Of a DNA stretch of 18,959 bases, positions 1-8,390 are shown piece by piece. Where the stretch lies: the NCBI GenBank assembly GCA_038208905.1, contig JBBQYG010000065.1:1-18959 (forward strand), given 5' to 3'. Each line of letters begins with the position of its first letter. Position 1 is the first letter of the stretch. Both the position numbers and the translations under genes were made by a program. The DNA comes from Candidatus Sumerlaeia bacterium. GTDB taxonomy: Bacteria; Sumerlaeota; Sumerlaeia; SLMS01. Below the pieces are notes generated by a model. The model had not been told where the DNA came from. It saw nothing but the letters and a program-made list of their open reading frames with translations, and did no database searches.

Positions 1-407
1 AGGCGCAGCTTGTCCAGCTCGTCGTTGATCGAGGAATCCTTCTCGATGAACGTGTCCGTCGCGGCGATGTAGGCCTCGGGCTGGTAGTAGTCGTAGTAGG
101 AGACGAAGTACTCCACCGCGTTCGTGGGAAAGAGCGACCTGAACTCCGCATAGAGCTGCGCGGCCAGCACCTTGTTTGGCGCCATGATTAGCGCGGGGCG
201 GTTCAGCTCCTGGATCACGTGGGCCATCGTGAAGGTCTTTCCCGTCCCCGTCGCGCCCAGCAACACCTGGGCGGGCATCCCGTTGCGAAAGCCCGCAATC
301 AATTGTCGGATTGCCGCTGGCTGGTCGCCCGCGGGCCTAAACGGCGACTCCAGGCGGAAGGTCCCCTCCCGCACGATGACGCGCTGCTCGTCCTGCTCGA
401 TGTCCAT
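1..407 (-). CDS. uvrB: Excinuclease ABC subunit UvrB, N-terminal part (runs off the left edge)
   Basis: Not in the ORF track; manual translation from ATG 407 gives [36 protein letters not shown]...[17 protein letters not shown]...[41 protein letters not shown]...[16 protein letters not shown]. Walker A and the [14 protein letters not shown] beta-hairpin motif are diagnostic. AAGGA SD upstream. Confidence 0.97.
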   Translation of the reverse strand, partial: MDIEQDEQRVIVREGTFRLESPFRPAGDQPAAIRQLIAGFRNGMPAQVLLGATGTGKTFTMAHVIQELNRPALIMAPNKVLAAQLYAEFRSLFPTNAVEYFVSYYDYYQPEAYIAATDTFIEKDSSINDELDKLR

Positions 408-485
408 TGGTATTCCTTGACGCGCGGCGGGGTCGGCACCCCACTCGGGTCGGATAACGATGGGCCAAGGAGGCCCCTGCGCGCC

Positions 486-800
486 ATGAAAAAGAGGGGT
501 TCCCGCCGCCTGCTCCCGCTCTGGGGCTACGTCCTGCTCAACGGCGTCATGGCGGCCGTCCTCGTCGCCGTCCACCTCCGGTCAGAGCACATTGCCGCCG
601 AAGGAAAGTGGGCCACCTCCGGCACCGTGCCCGTGCTGCTCGTGTGCTTCCTCGCGTTCCTCTTCGTCAGCGTCTTCGACTACTTCTTCGATCGCGCCAC
701 ACCGCCCTCCACCGAGGCAAAGCCAACACTCCCGCCGGAACGGACGGAACGACCCGCCTCCAGCGGATTGTCGCGCGAGACGCTGAAGAAGCCCGACTGA
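486..800 (+). CDS. Small hypothetical membrane protein (104 aa, two predicted TM helices)
   Basis: ATG 486 with AAGGAGG at 467-473; basic N-terminus MKKRGSRR, hydrophobic stretches [20 protein letters not shown] and [21 protein letters not shown], Pro/charged tail; divergent from uvrB. Confidence 0.7.
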   Translation: MKKRGSRRLLPLWGYVLLNGVMAAVLVAVHLRSEHIAAEGKWATSGTVPVLLVCFLAFLFVSVFDYFFDRATPPSTEAKPTLPPERTERPASSGLSRETLKKPD

Positions 801-804
801 GCTT

Positions 805-1686
805 TCAGTCCCGAAACCGTTTCGTCAAATCGCCGTACAGGTCGATTCGCCGGTCCCTGAAGAATGGCCACGCGCGACGCACCAGGTCCACCTGCGCGCG
901 GTCGATCTCCGCCACGTGGACTTCCTCCTGGTCGCCCGCGTGGACAAGGATCTCGCCCTGGCTTCCGGTGACGAAGCTGCCCCCCCAGAATTGCATCCCC
1001 TCCCGCGCGGGGCCGGGGTCCGGTTCGAAGCCCACGCGATTCACCGAGATCACCGGAACACAGTTGGCGATCGCGTGGGAGCGCTGGATCGTCGTCCACG
1101 CATCCACCTGGCGGATGTGCTCGTCCTTGGGGTCCTCGGGCTTGTATCCGATCGCCGTCGGATAGATCAGGAAGTCCGCCCCCGCCAAAGCCATCAGCCG
1201 GGCGCCCTCGGGATACCATTGGTCCCAGCAGATCAGCACGCCCAGCTTCCCCACGCTCGTCTGGATCGGGTGAAAGCCCGTGTCGCCCGGCGTGAAATAG
1301 AACTTCTCGTAGTATCCCGGGTCGTCGGGGATGTGTGACTTGCGATAGAACCCCGCGATGGTGCCGTCCTTTTCCATCACCACGGCGGTGTTGTGATAGA
1401 GCCCCGCGCCGCGCTTCTCGAAAAGCGACGTGACCAGCACGATCCCAAGCTCCTTCGCCAGCCTGCCAAAGCGCTCCGTCGAGGGGCCCGGAATCGTCTC
1501 CGCCCAATCGAAGAACCGGTCCTCCGCCGTCTGGCAGAAGTACGGCCCGTTGTGCAGCTCCTGCAGCACCACGAGCTTTGCCCCGCGCCTCGCCGCCTCG
1601 CGGATTCCCTTCTCCAGCTTCGCGATATTCGCCTCGCGGTCTGGCGAGCAGGCCTGCTGGACGATGCCGACTTTCACCTTGGACAC
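805..1686 (-). CDS. aguB: Carbon-nitrogen hydrolase (nitrilase superfamily), N-carbamoylputrescine amidase / beta-ureidopropionase-like
   Basis: Glu-Lys-Cys triad in LQELH, YRKSHIPDDPGYYEKFYFTPGD and LICWDQWYPE; C-terminal WPFFRDRR. Start reassigned to GTG 1686 (VSKVKVGIVQQ) behind a GAGGAG SD. Family is certain; substrate is inferred. Confidence 0.85.
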   Translation of the reverse strand: MSKVKVGIVQQACSPDREANIAKLEKGIREAARRGAKLVVLQELHNGPYFCQTAEDRFFDWAETIPGPSTERFGRLAKELGIVLVTSLFEKRGAGLYHNTAVVMEKDGTIAGFYRKSHIPDDPGYYEKFYFTPGDTGFHPIQTSVGKLGVLICWDQWYPEGARLMALAGADFLIYPTAIGYKPEDPKDEHIRQVDAWTTIQRSHAIANCVPVISVNRVGFEPDPGPAREGMQFWGGSFVTGSQGEILVHAGDQEEVHVAEIDRAQVDLVRRAWPFFRDRRIDLYGDLTKRFRD

Positions 1687-2144
1687 TCTTTTGTTCTCCT
1701 CTGCGGGGGCATGGGGCGCCATCCGCGCCCTGCGTCGGACAATGCCGTTGCCAACTCCGTGCCTCAAAGGAAAAACCATCGCCAAAAGGAAGGGCAGCCT
1801 CCACGAGCCAGGGCGAAATCTCGCCTCCGCCTGCCGCGGGGCACGGCTTAGTGCATTCTGATCTACTGCGAAGCCAAACCTGTGGACCAGATGGAGGCTA
1901 TGGACTAGATTGACGTCCACCGTGTCCCTTTCGTCAATAGCATCAATCCGGTCCATCTAGTTGCAGTGGCCACAATAAGTTACAGAATGCGCCCGCCCCC
2001 TGCCCCCGCCCGCAAAATCCGGCTTTTCCCGATGCCCAAGGCGTTGACAGCGGCGAGTTTCTGCCCCTGACTAGATGTACCGGCGCGGGGTCGCCCCCGA
2101 TGCATGGGGAGTTCCCCGCCCCGCCGAATCCGCACGGAAATCAA

Positions 2145-4313
2145 ATGAACCTGAATATCCAGTCCTACTCGTTCTCCCGCCGGGCCATCTGGACGATCCT
2201 TGGCACCCTTGCCCTCGCCGCCCCCGGCCTTTCGCAGACCGAAACATTCGCTGGCACCAAGGAGAATGGCCGCACGGCCATCTCGCCCATCCCTTGGACC
2301 CCGCCGGAAAAGGGTCGCGTCGATTCCAAGCTGGTCTATGGCACCGACGACCGCGTGGATGTTTACGCGGAAACGAATCCCGCCCGCCTCCAACTCGCCC
2401 AGTCCGTCTGCGGATTGTTTCCCTCCAGCCAGGTGACTTCCAACGGCAACGGCACTTTCTCGATCGGCCTGTCCTCCTACACATTCAACGGCGATCCTGC
2501 GTGTACCGGCGAGCCATTCCGCACCCAGCCCGTCTCGGCCTTCTGCACGGGCTTTCTGGTGGGCGAAGATCTGATCGCAACGGCGGGCCACTGCTTCGAC
2601 GCGGGGGATCTCTCCGCGGGGAATGTGCGGTTTGTCTTCGGCTTTCAAATGAGCGACGCCAACACTCCCGTATCCACGGTTCCCGCCGCCAACGTCTATA
2701 CAGCCGTCCAGCTGATCGCCCAGGAGAACCTCGGCAGCGCCCAGGACTACGCCATCATCCGCGTTGATCGCGCCGTCGTGGCCAGCGGCGCCCTGCCGCT
2801 CGAGATTCGCCGCACGGGCACCGTGCCCGTCGGCACCGCCATCGGCGTCATCGGGCATCCCGCGGGGCTTCCGCTCAAGATCGCATTTGGCCCCACCACC
2901 CAAGTCTACAACAACACGCCCACGACGCACTTCGTCGCCAATCTGGATACTTACGGCGGCAACTCCGGATCGCCGGTCTTCAACGCCACCACCGGCGTGG
3001 TTGAGGGCATTCTCGTCCGCGGGGAGTTCGACTATGTGGACACGGGCTCGTGCTTCGTCTCCCACCAGCTTGCCGATAATCAGGCGGGCGAGGAAGTGAC
3101 CAAGACGACCTTTTTCGCCTCCCTTGTCCCCGAGTTGTCTGCCAGCATCACGCTCGGCAAGGCCGCCTATGGCGCCGGTCAGGCGATCGCCGTCCGCGTC
3201 CGCGACATCGCGGCGGGCCCGGGTCCCATATCGGCAACAATTACCACGACCGCAGGCGATTCGGAGGTCGTTGCCCTGACGCTGGGCGACACGCCCTCCG
3301 TCTATACGGGCACCCTCGCCGTCGGTTCCCCGGGCGACGCCGTGGTGACGGCGGATGGCACCCTGCAGGGCGCCAACGCCGACACGATCACAGCGACCTA
3401 TGTCGGCCCCGTGACGCGCACGGCGACGGCGGCCCTTGATCTGGTCGCACCCATTGTCTCCGGCTTCGCCGTCACCTCCGTATCCACCAGCAGCTTCACC
3501 GTTGGATATACGGTCGATGGCCCGGTGACGACCACGATTCGCGCCGGCCAGAGTTGCTTCAGCTTCCCCCTGGTCGCAAGCCAGTCCATCTCGCCGACTC
3601 CTTCCGCCACCTTGAGCGGCCTCCAACCAGCCACCACCTATCTCTTCGAGGTCGTCGTTGCCGACGCCGCCGGAAACGAAACCGTCATCCGCGCGCCCAA
3701 CGATGCCTGCCTCCAGCAGACAACGCGCGCTTTCGGCCCGCCCAGCTTGACCGACAACTTCGATCCGTCGGCGATCGCCGGCTGGACGATCCAGCAGGTC
3801 GTCGGCGCCGGCGCCTGGGCGGTGGAGAGCGAGGCGCTCGCCAATACGCCCGCCAATGTGTACCGCTATCGGACGACCAACGGAGGGAGCACCGCCCGCA
3901 TTCGCCTTTCATCGCCCAGTTTTTCCACCGGCGACATCCTCGAGTTCTACCACAGCTATGACACCGAGAATGGCTATGATGGTTGCTTCCTCGAAATATC
4001 CACCGATGGCGGCACCATCTGGACCGACCTTGGCCCCCACATCCTCAGCGGTGGATACAACGCGGCCATCCTCTCCACCGCAACTTCCGCCGATGCCGGC
4101 AAGCCATGCTGGGGCGACGGCACCCTTGCCGCGCTGACGCGCGTCGAGGTGGACCTTTCCCCGTTCCCCGGCGCCAAGAAGATCGGCTTCCGTTTCTCCG
4201 CCGATTCATCAATCGCATCGCCCGGCTGGATCGTGGACAGCGTGAACGTCGTCACGTTGCTCACAGTCCCCGAGCCGCTGAGTGCCGGCGACACCTGGAT
4301 TCTCTTCCAATAG
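2145..4313 (+). CDS. Secreted trypsin-fold (V8-like) serine protease with C-terminal beta-sandwich, FN3 and MAM/immune-inhibitor-A-like domains
   Basis: Signal-peptide-like N-terminus (RRAIWTILGTLALAAPGLSQ); catalytic triad TAGHC, QDYAIIR, DTYGGNSGSP; FN3 signature LSGLQPATTYLFEVVVADAAGN; jelly-roll-like LEFYHSYDTENGYDGCFLEISTDGG. Start ATG 2145 preferred over 2100. Confidence 0.88.
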   Translation: MNLNIQSYSFSRRAIWTILGTLALAAPGLSQTETFAGTKENGRTAISPIPWTPPEKGRVDSKLVYGTDDRVDVYAETNPARLQLAQSVCGLFPSSQVTSNGNGTFSIGLSSYTFNGDPACTGEPFRTQPVSAFCTGFLVGEDLIATAGHCFDAGDLSAGNVRFVFGFQMSDANTPVSTVPAANVYTAVQLIAQENLGSAQDYAIIRVDRAVVASGALPLEIRRTGTVPVGTAIGVIGHPAGLPLKIAFGPTTQVYNNTPTTHFVANLDTYGGNSGSPVFNATTGVVEGILVRGEFDYVDTGSCFVSHQLADNQAGEEVTKTTFFASLVPELSASITLGKAAYGAGQAIAVRVRDIAAGPGPISATITTTAGDSEVVALTLGDTPSVYTGTLAVGSPGDAVVTADGTLQGANADTITATYVGPVTRTATAALDLVAPIVSGFAVTSVSTSSFTVGYTVDGPVTTTIRAGQSCFSFPLVASQSISPTPSATLSGLQPATTYLFEVVVADAAGNETVIRAPNDACLQQTTRAFGPPSLTDNFDPSAIAGWTIQQVVGAGAWAVESEALANTPANVYRYRTTNGGSTARIRLSSPSFSTGDILEFYHSYDTENGYDGCFLEISTDGGTIWTDLGPHILSGGYNAAILSTATSADAGKPCWGDGTLAALTRVEVDLSPFPGAKKIGFRFSADSSIASPGWIVDSVNVVTLLTVPEPLSAGDTWILFQ

Positions 4314-4323
4314 CCAATTGCGC

Positions 4324-4351
4324 GGGCGGGAACTTTTCGCTGTTCCCGCCC
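4324..4351 (+). terminator. GC-rich hairpin downstream of the protease gene (possible terminator or mRNA-stabilising stem)
   Basis: Perfect 10-bp stem GGGCGGGAAC (4324-4333) / GTTCCCGCCC (4342-4351), 8-nt loop, 10 nt after the stop; no U-tract. Confidence 0.4.
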
Positions 4352-4397
4352 CGCCATCCCGGCGGAACATCCCAAATCGCCGCCGGGGAGTGAACCC

Positions 4398-6359
4398 TTG
4401 ACCGACACACTTGAGAAGGAACTCCGCGCGGCATTCGCGCGGCTCGATCACGAGGCAATCGCCCGCATCGAGGCCGAGGGCGGCCCGCCCGCATCCGACT
4501 ACGAGCGCATCGCCTATGCCTTTGCCCGTCTCGCCGTCGGCGATACCGGCGGGGCTGACGCGCTGCTCTCCGCCGTGGGTGGAGACGGCACCGCCTCCCT
4601 CGCCGACTTCGCCTACGTCCGCGCCTTCCGCAGCGAATCCGCCGGAGACCGCCAGGCCGTTGTCGAACTTCTGACCCAGCACCTCGCCGATCCCCGCGCC
4701 ACCCACGGCCCGCGGATGCGCCTCCGCGTCGCCGACGCGCTGCTCAAGCTGCGTCGCTATCAGGAGATGATGGCCGCGCTGGAGCCGCTCCTCCAGCCCC
4801 CCGGCACCGATCAGACCCTGGAGGCCCACCTCATCGTCCTCGAGGGCATGATCGCCTGGAAGGAGGAGCGCGAAAAGCTCATCGAATTCCTTGCCGTCGT
4901 CGATCTCCTCGTCGAGCGCGGATTCCGCCTCTCCGAGGCTGGCAACGTCGTGTATTACGCGCGCCTGTTTCACGACAACCGCATCGAGCCTCCTGTGGCC
5001 GCGCTTCTCACGGCGCACGGAGACAAGCTCGACGTCTATACAACCACCGACGAGGACGAGATATTCTTCCTCCTGGTGGCGGGGGAGAAGTACAAGGCCC
5101 CCGCCGCCGTGCGCTCCGCCGGCAAGTCCTATTCCGCCCAGCCGTTTGCGTGGAAGGACGTCGAGCCCGAGCGCGCCGCCTACCTGTTTGCGGCTCACGA
5201 GGAGCACGACGCCGCGCGGCTCTCCATCCTGAGGACCGTCCCCAAGTCCCGCATCGACAAGGACGTCGCCATGTGGGGGCCGCTCATGCTGGAGACCTAC
5301 CAATGCGGCCTGTGGAAGGACACGCTGGAGATGATCCGCGACCATCGGGCGGAAATCGCACGCCTTCCCATGGCGCCACATATTGCCACGATTCGCGCTT
5401 TATGCGAGTACCAGCTTGGCCGCCTCGATGAATCCCTCTCCCACATCGCCGGGCAGGGCACAGACTTTCACGCCAATTCCTCCGGGCACGAGGCCATCTG
5501 CGAGGCACTTGCCCTCGCGCGCGTGGGCCGCCTCGCGGAATTCCATTCCGCCGTGGAGCGCGCCTTTGCCGCGCGCCCGGGCGATGGCGACTTTGCCAAC
5601 GAATATGCATCCACGCTCATCAACGAACTGATGATTCGCGAGCTCCATGACGCGCTTGCGCTGTGGCTCGATTTCGTTCCCCGCATCCTCCCGCCGGAGG
5701 CGCTCCCCGCGATGCAGTTTCGCCTCGGCGAAATCACCCTCGAATGGGCAATGCCCGCGGCTACGGCAACACTGGCGGATACACTCCGCGCCGCCGGCCA
5801 CCTGACCTATGCGCGCCTCCTCGACGCACAGTTGGCCGAGCACCGGGGCGACGCCGACGCGATGGAGCACAGCCTCGCCGCCGCGATCGCCGAACCTGCG
5901 CCCCTCCGCGCAGACGAGGTTCCGCTCTACCGTGCCCGCGCGCGCCGGCGTCTCGGAAAAATCGACGCCGCCATCGCCGACTTGGATGCCCAGCTTGCCG
6001 ACCCCGCCGCGGCGCGCCGTCACATTGCCTTGGGGATGCGCGCCGGAATTGCGAGGGATCGCGGCGAAGACTCGGCGCGTATCGATGACCTCCTCCGCCA
6101 GGCGGGCGAAGTCGTCCGCGAGCGCGCCCGCTCCCGCGACGAGGCCTCCGTCATGACCTTCGAAGTCCAGCAAACGTTCCACGGCGATTCCCCCGCCGCG
6201 ATGCTGGCCGGCGCGCGCGAGGCCGAACGTCGCCAGCCCGGCAACGTGGAAACTCTCCGCCTTGCCCGCCGGGCCGCCCGCGCACATGCCGCTCCCGCCG
6301 AGGTCGCCCGGGAGGCCGCCGCGCTGGAGGCCAAGTGGATTGCCGGGAATCTCTCTTAG
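4398..6359 (+). CDS. Hypothetical alpha-helical TPR-like repeat protein (653 aa)
   Basis: TTG start with GGGGAG SD at 4385-4390; Ala/Leu-rich helical repeats with TPR-like patterns (ALCEYQLGRLDES, ALALARVGRLAEF, RARARRRLGKIDAAIADLD); no catalytic motif recognised. Confidence 0.75.
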   Translation: MTDTLEKELRAAFARLDHEAIARIEAEGGPPASDYERIAYAFARLAVGDTGGADALLSAVGGDGTASLADFAYVRAFRSESAGDRQAVVELLTQHLADPRATHGPRMRLRVADALLKLRRYQEMMAALEPLLQPPGTDQTLEAHLIVLEGMIAWKEEREKLIEFLAVVDLLVERGFRLSEAGNVVYYARLFHDNRIEPPVAALLTAHGDKLDVYTTTDEDEIFFLLVAGEKYKAPAAVRSAGKSYSAQPFAWKDVEPERAAYLFAAHEEHDAARLSILRTVPKSRIDKDVAMWGPLMLETYQCGLWKDTLEMIRDHRAEIARLPMAPHIATIRALCEYQLGRLDESLSHIAGQGTDFHANSSGHEAICEALALARVGRLAEFHSAVERAFAARPGDGDFANEYASTLINELMIRELHDALALWLDFVPRILPPEALPAMQFRLGEITLEWAMPAATATLADTLRAAGHLTYARLLDAQLAEHRGDADAMEHSLAAAIAEPAPLRADEVPLYRARARRRLGKIDAAIADLDAQLADPAAARRHIALGMRAGIARDRGEDSARIDDLLRQAGEVVRERARSRDEASVMTFEVQQTFHGDSPAAMLAGAREAERRQPGNVETLRLARRAARAHAAPAEVAREAAALEAKWIAGNLS

Positions 6360-7177
6360 CGCCCGGAACCCTCTGGTGGACGCTCCTTTCCATGATCGCG
6401 GGGGAGCCCATGGGCGACGCGCCACAGACGCAACTCGGGCGCCTCTTCACTCTTGTCATCATGCTCGGCGGGCTCACAGTATTCGCCCTCTTCACCGGCA
6501 CGGTCTCCGCCATCATCACCGAAAGGCTCCGCAGCGGCATGAATTCGCGCCTTCAGGACATCGAGGAACTGGAAGGCCACATCGTCGTTTGTGGCTGGAG
6601 CCGCGCCGGCCGCAAGGTGGTGGAGGAGCTGTGCCAGCACGGGCGCGCCAATACCCCGATCGTTCTGGTCGTTGCGGAGGTTCCCCCCGACTTTATCCTG
6701 GAGGCGGCCGACCGGCTTCCCATTCGCTTCCTTCAAGGCGACTATACGAAGACCGACGTGCTTGAGCAGGCCCGCGTGCGCCATGCCTCGCGTACCATCC
6801 TCCTCGCCGACCGCTCCCTTCCCAACCGCTCCGACCAGGATCGCGACGCGCGCACGATCCTTGCCGCCAGCGCGCGCGTCTCAGGGGTTGTCGAAATCGC
6901 CGACGAGATCTTCAGCTCGCGCTATGGGAACCAGTTCTACAAGCGACCCGTCCGGGAGCAGTGGCGCGGCAAGACGTTCCTCGAAATTCAATCGCTGCTG
7001 AAGGGGGAGTTCGACGCGCTACTTGGCGCCGTCGAGCAGCCATCCGCCCCTCTCGGCAAGCCCAACGACGATCGCCAGTCGCCCTACATGCGCACCACCA
7101 CCAACCCCCCCGCCGACTATACTTTCCAGTCCGGCAATCTCCTCATCGTTGTCGCCAAGTCCCAACCGGTTTGGTGA
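6335..7177 (+). pseudogene. Ion channel with TrkA-N/RCK domain; apparently N-terminally truncated and internally deleted
   Basis: Pore helix + filter + inner helix (LWWTLLSMIAGEP...LGRLFTLVIMLGGLTVFALFTGTVSA), Rossmann HIVVCGWSRAG, GDYTKTDVLEQA, DQDRDARTILAA. No outer TM helix upstream; second half of the RCK domain appears to be missing. Confidence 0.65.
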
Positions 7178-7196
7178 GTGGGAGCAACGCCCGCCC

Positions 7197-8390
7197 TTGT
7201 ATCCCCAGAAAGTCCCCCACCTCCGCTGTCCCGAGTGCGCCCCGCTTGGCGCGCTCTCTGTCCACGCGCTCGACACCGCCCCCGACGGCGAACTGCTCGC
7301 CGCCGCACTGACTTGCGAGGATTGTGGGCGATGGTACCGCATCGAGGACGGCATCGCGGACCTTGTCCGCGATGGGCTGCGCGAAGTGGAGCAGGATCGC
7401 GCATTTCTTTCCGCCCATCGCAGCCATCTTCCCGCGTCTATACACGACACCGGGATTCCATTCGGCCTTAATGACGAGATGCCGCAGCCCACCGACGCCG
7501 ACCAGCGCATCATTGCGGAGGGGCGCCACTGGGGGCGCTTCATGCGGCGATTCTGGGACGTGGGCGACCGGTCCATCTTCGACATCCGCGTGAAGGGGAC
7601 GCATCCCTCCTTCCTTGTGAAGGGCGTGCTGGAACCCGACGACCGCGACCATGACCGCGCGTGGGGGAACTTTCCCGCGCGCACGGGCGAGATGCTGTTC
7701 CTCGGGATGGATCGTTTTGCCGGGAAACTCGGCGTGGATGTGGGCTGTGGGGGCGGGCAATTCGGCCTTGAGGCGGCACGCCGCGGCGTCCGCATGTTTG
7801 GATTCGACCCCAGCTTCGAGGAAGTCTGGCTTGCCCGCCGCCACGCCCGCGAAACGGGCGAGTCGCGCATCGACTACCTTCGCGCGGAGCCCGCCCATCC
7901 GCCCTTCGCGCCCGGAATCTTCGCGCTCCTGATGGCCAAGGACGCGCTCCATCACGTCCCCGATCTCGATAGCGTGTTTCCGCGACTCATCGACCTCCTG
8001 GAACCCGGCGCATATACAATCATCCATGAGCACACCGACCACGCCTTGCTGAAGACGCGCCTCATGGCGCCGGTGTGGCCGCGCGCGATTCGCAAGGTTC
8101 GCTCGCGATATCCCACTGTGGAGGTGCCGGATGAGCTCCTCCGCGACTCGGCCAACGAGGACGTGAGCGCGCATCTCATTCGGCCACTGCTGGCGAAGCA
8201 CTTCGAGCGCGTTCAGTCGCGCGAGGACCTCTTCCTCGCCGCCGAGATTGAGATGATCGCCCACTATGCGTACGGTAAGCGCCGCTGGGTCACGGCACTT
8301 GGTCGGGCCAAGGGTGTGGTTGCGGAACTGACGCTTCTCGCGCTCGGCGACCGCCAGCATTTCAGCTTCATCGGACGCCTGCGGCCGTGA
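7197..8390 (+). CDS. Trm112-like Zn-finger fused to a class I SAM-dependent methyltransferase
   Basis: LRCPEC...LTCEDCGRWYRIEDGIADLV (Trm112/YcaR-like), motif I VDVGCGGG, post-II DALHHVPDL, LLEPG. Probable TTG start 7197 with GGGAG upstream; exact start uncertain. Confidence 0.82.
   Translation: MYPQKVPHLRCPECAPLGALSVHALDTAPDGELLAAALTCEDCGRWYRIEDGIADLVRDGLREVEQDRAFLSAHRSHLPASIHDTGIPFGLNDEMPQPTDADQRIIAEGRHWGRFMRRFWDVGDRSIFDIRVKGTHPSFLVKGVLEPDDRDHDRAWGNFPARTGEMLFLGMDRFAGKLGVDVGCGGGQFGLEAARRGVRMFGFDPSFEEVWLARRHARETGESRIDYLRAEPAHPPFAPGIFALLMAKDALHHVPDLDSVFPRLIDLLEPGAYTIIHEHTDHALLKTRLMAPVWPRAIRKVRSRYPTVEVPDELLRDSANEDVSAHLIRPLLAKHFERVQSREDLFLAAEIEMIAHYAYGKRRWVTALGRAKGVVAELTLLALGDRQHFSFIGRLRP

Noticed and set aside
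408-485. LexA/SOS box upstream of uvrB
   Set aside because: No CTGT-N8-ACAG, GAAC-N4-GTTC or other convincing palindrome seen.
805-1686. aguB without adjacent aguA, and gcv operon without lpdA, as novel features
   Set aside because: Both partner genes are commonly encoded elsewhere; absence from a 19-kb window is uninformative.
1687-1956. N-terminal extension of the nitrilase ORF
   Set aside because: The fold starts at KVKVGIVQQ; GTG 1686 has a GAGGAG SD; upstream is intergenic.
2044-2077. Sigma70 promoter for the protease (TTGACA at 2044-2049)
   Set aside because: No acceptable -10 hexamer at 16-18 nt spacing.
4264-4313. Classical PEP-CTERM sorting signal on the protease
   Set aside because: VPEP is followed by only 12 residues, with no TM helix or basic cluster.
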